A stretch of 64,000 bases of DNA, from contig NC_058368.1 of NCBI RefSeq assembly GCF_018350175.1, forward strand, positions 44,828,001 through 44,892,000. Reading direction: 5' to 3'. Made by a program: the position numbers and the translations under genes. Positions within the stretch are counted from its first letter, which is position 1, and each line of letters begins with the position of its first letter. Shown here piece by piece: positions 61,266-64,000 of the stretch. A model generated the notes under the pieces. That model was given only the letters and a program-made list of their open reading frames with translations. It was not told where the DNA came from and searched no databases. The DNA comes from Felis catus. Its lineage: Eukaryota.

Positions 61266-64000
61266 AATAGTCCAATGGATATCGGAACTAAAAAAATTCG
61301 GTAGTTCTCATTTACCTAAATTGTTTTAAATCCAATATTCTCAAATATCTATGATTTGGAAAGAACAAGGAATTATTTACTGAGAAAAATCTTCACTTTT
61401 TCTGAACATATCTTTGACCCACATTCATACACAGGTGTTTAGCTTACTTGATTTTAACCATAGAATATAATCCTTAATTTTTAGTATATCATAGTTTATA
61501 ACTCTGTCATTAATCAACTACATAGATTTTTTTTCTACTTCTAGTACTTGCTGTAGGATTTAATCCAACTGAGGCTGTCACTCAATACTTAAGGAAATTT
61601 TGGTTGTGAGAAAAATGAAAAATAAAAAGGATCAACTCATAGTTATACAAGTTATCTAAACTTGTACTGGAAGTAACATAATTTGTCTACTGGTGTATCA
61701 AACATACCCCAGATATACTCATTTGGCTCTTCTAAAATTAAATACTTTAGGGTACCTTTAGGTGGAACATATAATTTTGAGTTCAGCATCAGTAATACCA
61801 ATCTCTTTAAATTAAATGTACCCATAATCCAACTGAGTTTGATCCCTGAGTTTTAATATTTTATTGTTTGATACATGAAATTATTAGTAATTTGTGTGTC
61901 TGGGCAACATCATTTGAACTTGAATCAGCCAACAGAAGAAATAGCTCCATAATTCATTATTATATCCACTTTTAGCAAATTAGTGAAGATGTCTGAAGTA
62001 CATCATACAGTGTTTTACAAATATTCAGATATCCAAGGATATGCTCCTCAGACTTCAATATTAGAAACCTGTGTTTATATTGAGTAAAATATTTGTTTTT
62101 ATTTTATAACATAACTGATTATGCTTCTTTCTTTGCCTTGGTGACTGAGAAGTTAAAACAAACTGGTGTGTAATTTCTATGAATACAACAGAAACTTAAG
62201 ACTCTTATGGTGCAAATCATACCAAAGGTGGTGTGGATTTGAATTTGGATGCTCTTTTCAGGTCTTTTTTACTTGAATTTCAATGCCTTACACATCATAG
62301 ATACTTAGGCATGATATTAAGACTAAAATTATAGTCTTGTGCCTTCTGTAAATGACTTTTTATATTTGTTCTTCCTTTATTGTTCTACTTCAGTCAGAAA
62401 AATAGAGGGGAGATTGAAAGGGATAACTATAAGAAAATATAACTTGTCACTGGACAGATTTTACAGCAACATTTCATAGAAGTACGTGCTCATAGAACTA
62501 GGCTCGATTGAAGTTATCTACAAAGTTGCTCCATCTTGGGATGCTGAAAGATTTTATGCACTAAGTTGGATGGTTGTGATGTGGAAATAAAAAAGGCTGC
62601 AGTTTTGACATTTTATTACCTGCAATCTCCCCAGATTGAGAGTTCTACCCGTGAAGGCAGCCATACACCCACTGCCTCTGTTCTCCATGGCTTCTGAGTT
62701 GCCAGATGTTTTTTTGTTTGTTTGTTTGTTTGTTTGTTTAACAGATAACTTTCTTTGGAACACTATCTTGGCTCTCAAAATATGCTTAATATGTTATCTT
62801 AGTCCTTTACTGCTATCATTATAGATCATTTCTGAGCTTTACCACTTTCACTTTCTGACTGTAAGTATTCATATTTTTCTTGACATTTTCACATATAACA
62901 ATCCATAATCATAATCAATATTTCTTAGCCTCAAAATAGTTACAAAGTAACTATGTAACTATAGTTACAATAGTAACAAACGATATGTTATCATATGAAT
63001 GTACAGTTAACTCTCCAATACATGTCAAAACACTACCCTATACATTATTGATACCTTATTTCTCTCTCTTATGTATTTTACTTTGAAGTCATTTTAAGCC
63101 ATTTTGTGACATGGCAAATTCAAATTAAATGCATACAAATATGAGGTTTGTACTTGAGGTCCTGAATATATTTTCTGTAACTTAACTTGATAAATAATAA
63201 TAATTTGTCAAAAATGGTTAAATGTCCTATTATAGTAAAAATGCCCCTTTATCAGAAATTACAGCATGTAGTCCAAGAAAACACATAAAAATTATTAATG
63301 ACACATATTTCTAAGTATTGTTTACATTTTGCAGATACGGATGTATCAGAAATGAAAATGTCATATGTTAAACAGTAATTTTTATAATTCACACAAGAGA
63401 ATTCTGCCATTACTAGTCCATATTTTCTTTATTGATATTTTATTCTGCACTATGCTCCTCCCTCAATGCTTCCCCCCACTCCCCTAAATATTTCTTCAGA
63501 GAAGAAGAAAGATGGGGTGGGAAATAGATATCAGACTTGCATGAATGCCATTTAGTGGAATATTTTCTCTGGTGGAGGAATGTATGTGCTATGATGTGCC
63601 TAAGGAAGCTCAAGTGCAGTCTAAAGGAGTCAGGAATCAAGGTATTCCTTTATTATGACGAGCATACCATCCACTTCTGGCTGAAATGTTTCCCCTGTGG
63701 GGTAACACCACCTGTTATCTGAGGTTGACAAAGCATTTAAAATTAAAGTGCTTAGAGTTCTCATCATAAAATTTCCTGTCTCCAACATGAAGGAAAAATC
63801 TCTCCTGAATGAAAGTGGTAAACCAGACAAAATGGTAATTTCTGGAAGACTTCAGAAGGAGGCAGTGACTGGAGTTGTTTTATTTGCTTGTTTTTGTTTA
63901 TTGTTTTCACTTGTTTTTTTTACACAATAGTATCTGTGCAAAGAATCAGCTCTATCAAATTTTAAATGCAGAGCATTGAGAAATAGTCAAAACACAACTA

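Noticed and set aside
1..64000. SCA8/ATXN8OS-type CTG repeat associated with the human KLHL1 locus
   Set aside because: No CTG/CAG tract was seen; that repeat lies near the gene's 5' end, outside this window.

Overview
AT-rich mammalian genomic DNA. The carnivore tRNA-derived Can-SINEs and L1 ends of feline type point to a felid (cat-like) genome. The window lies inside KLHL1 (minus strand). I can support one 197-bp internal coding exon (48901-49097, BTB C-terminus/BACK start). The rest is intron filled with repeats: about 22 Can-SINEs (many with clear TSDs), L1 pieces, MaLR and other LTRs, MIR/L2 and DNA-transposon fossils, and microsatellites. Two decayed class III (ERV-L-like) proviral bodies lie at about 8.0-11.6 kb and 12.9-16.8 kb. 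I see no evidence of a new self-contained biological system. The best oddities are: (1) a class III pol followed by an env TM remnant; (2) a CRISPR-looking composite minisatellite at 29.6-29.9 kb; (3) a 5'-retaining L1 whose ORF1 is deleted at a junction marked by a SINE head; (4) inverted SINEs and a sense-strand LTR poly(A) signal around the KLHL1 exon. Repeat subfamily names come from recalled consensus sequences and need Dfam/RepeatMasker confirmation. Boundaries of old repeats are approximate.
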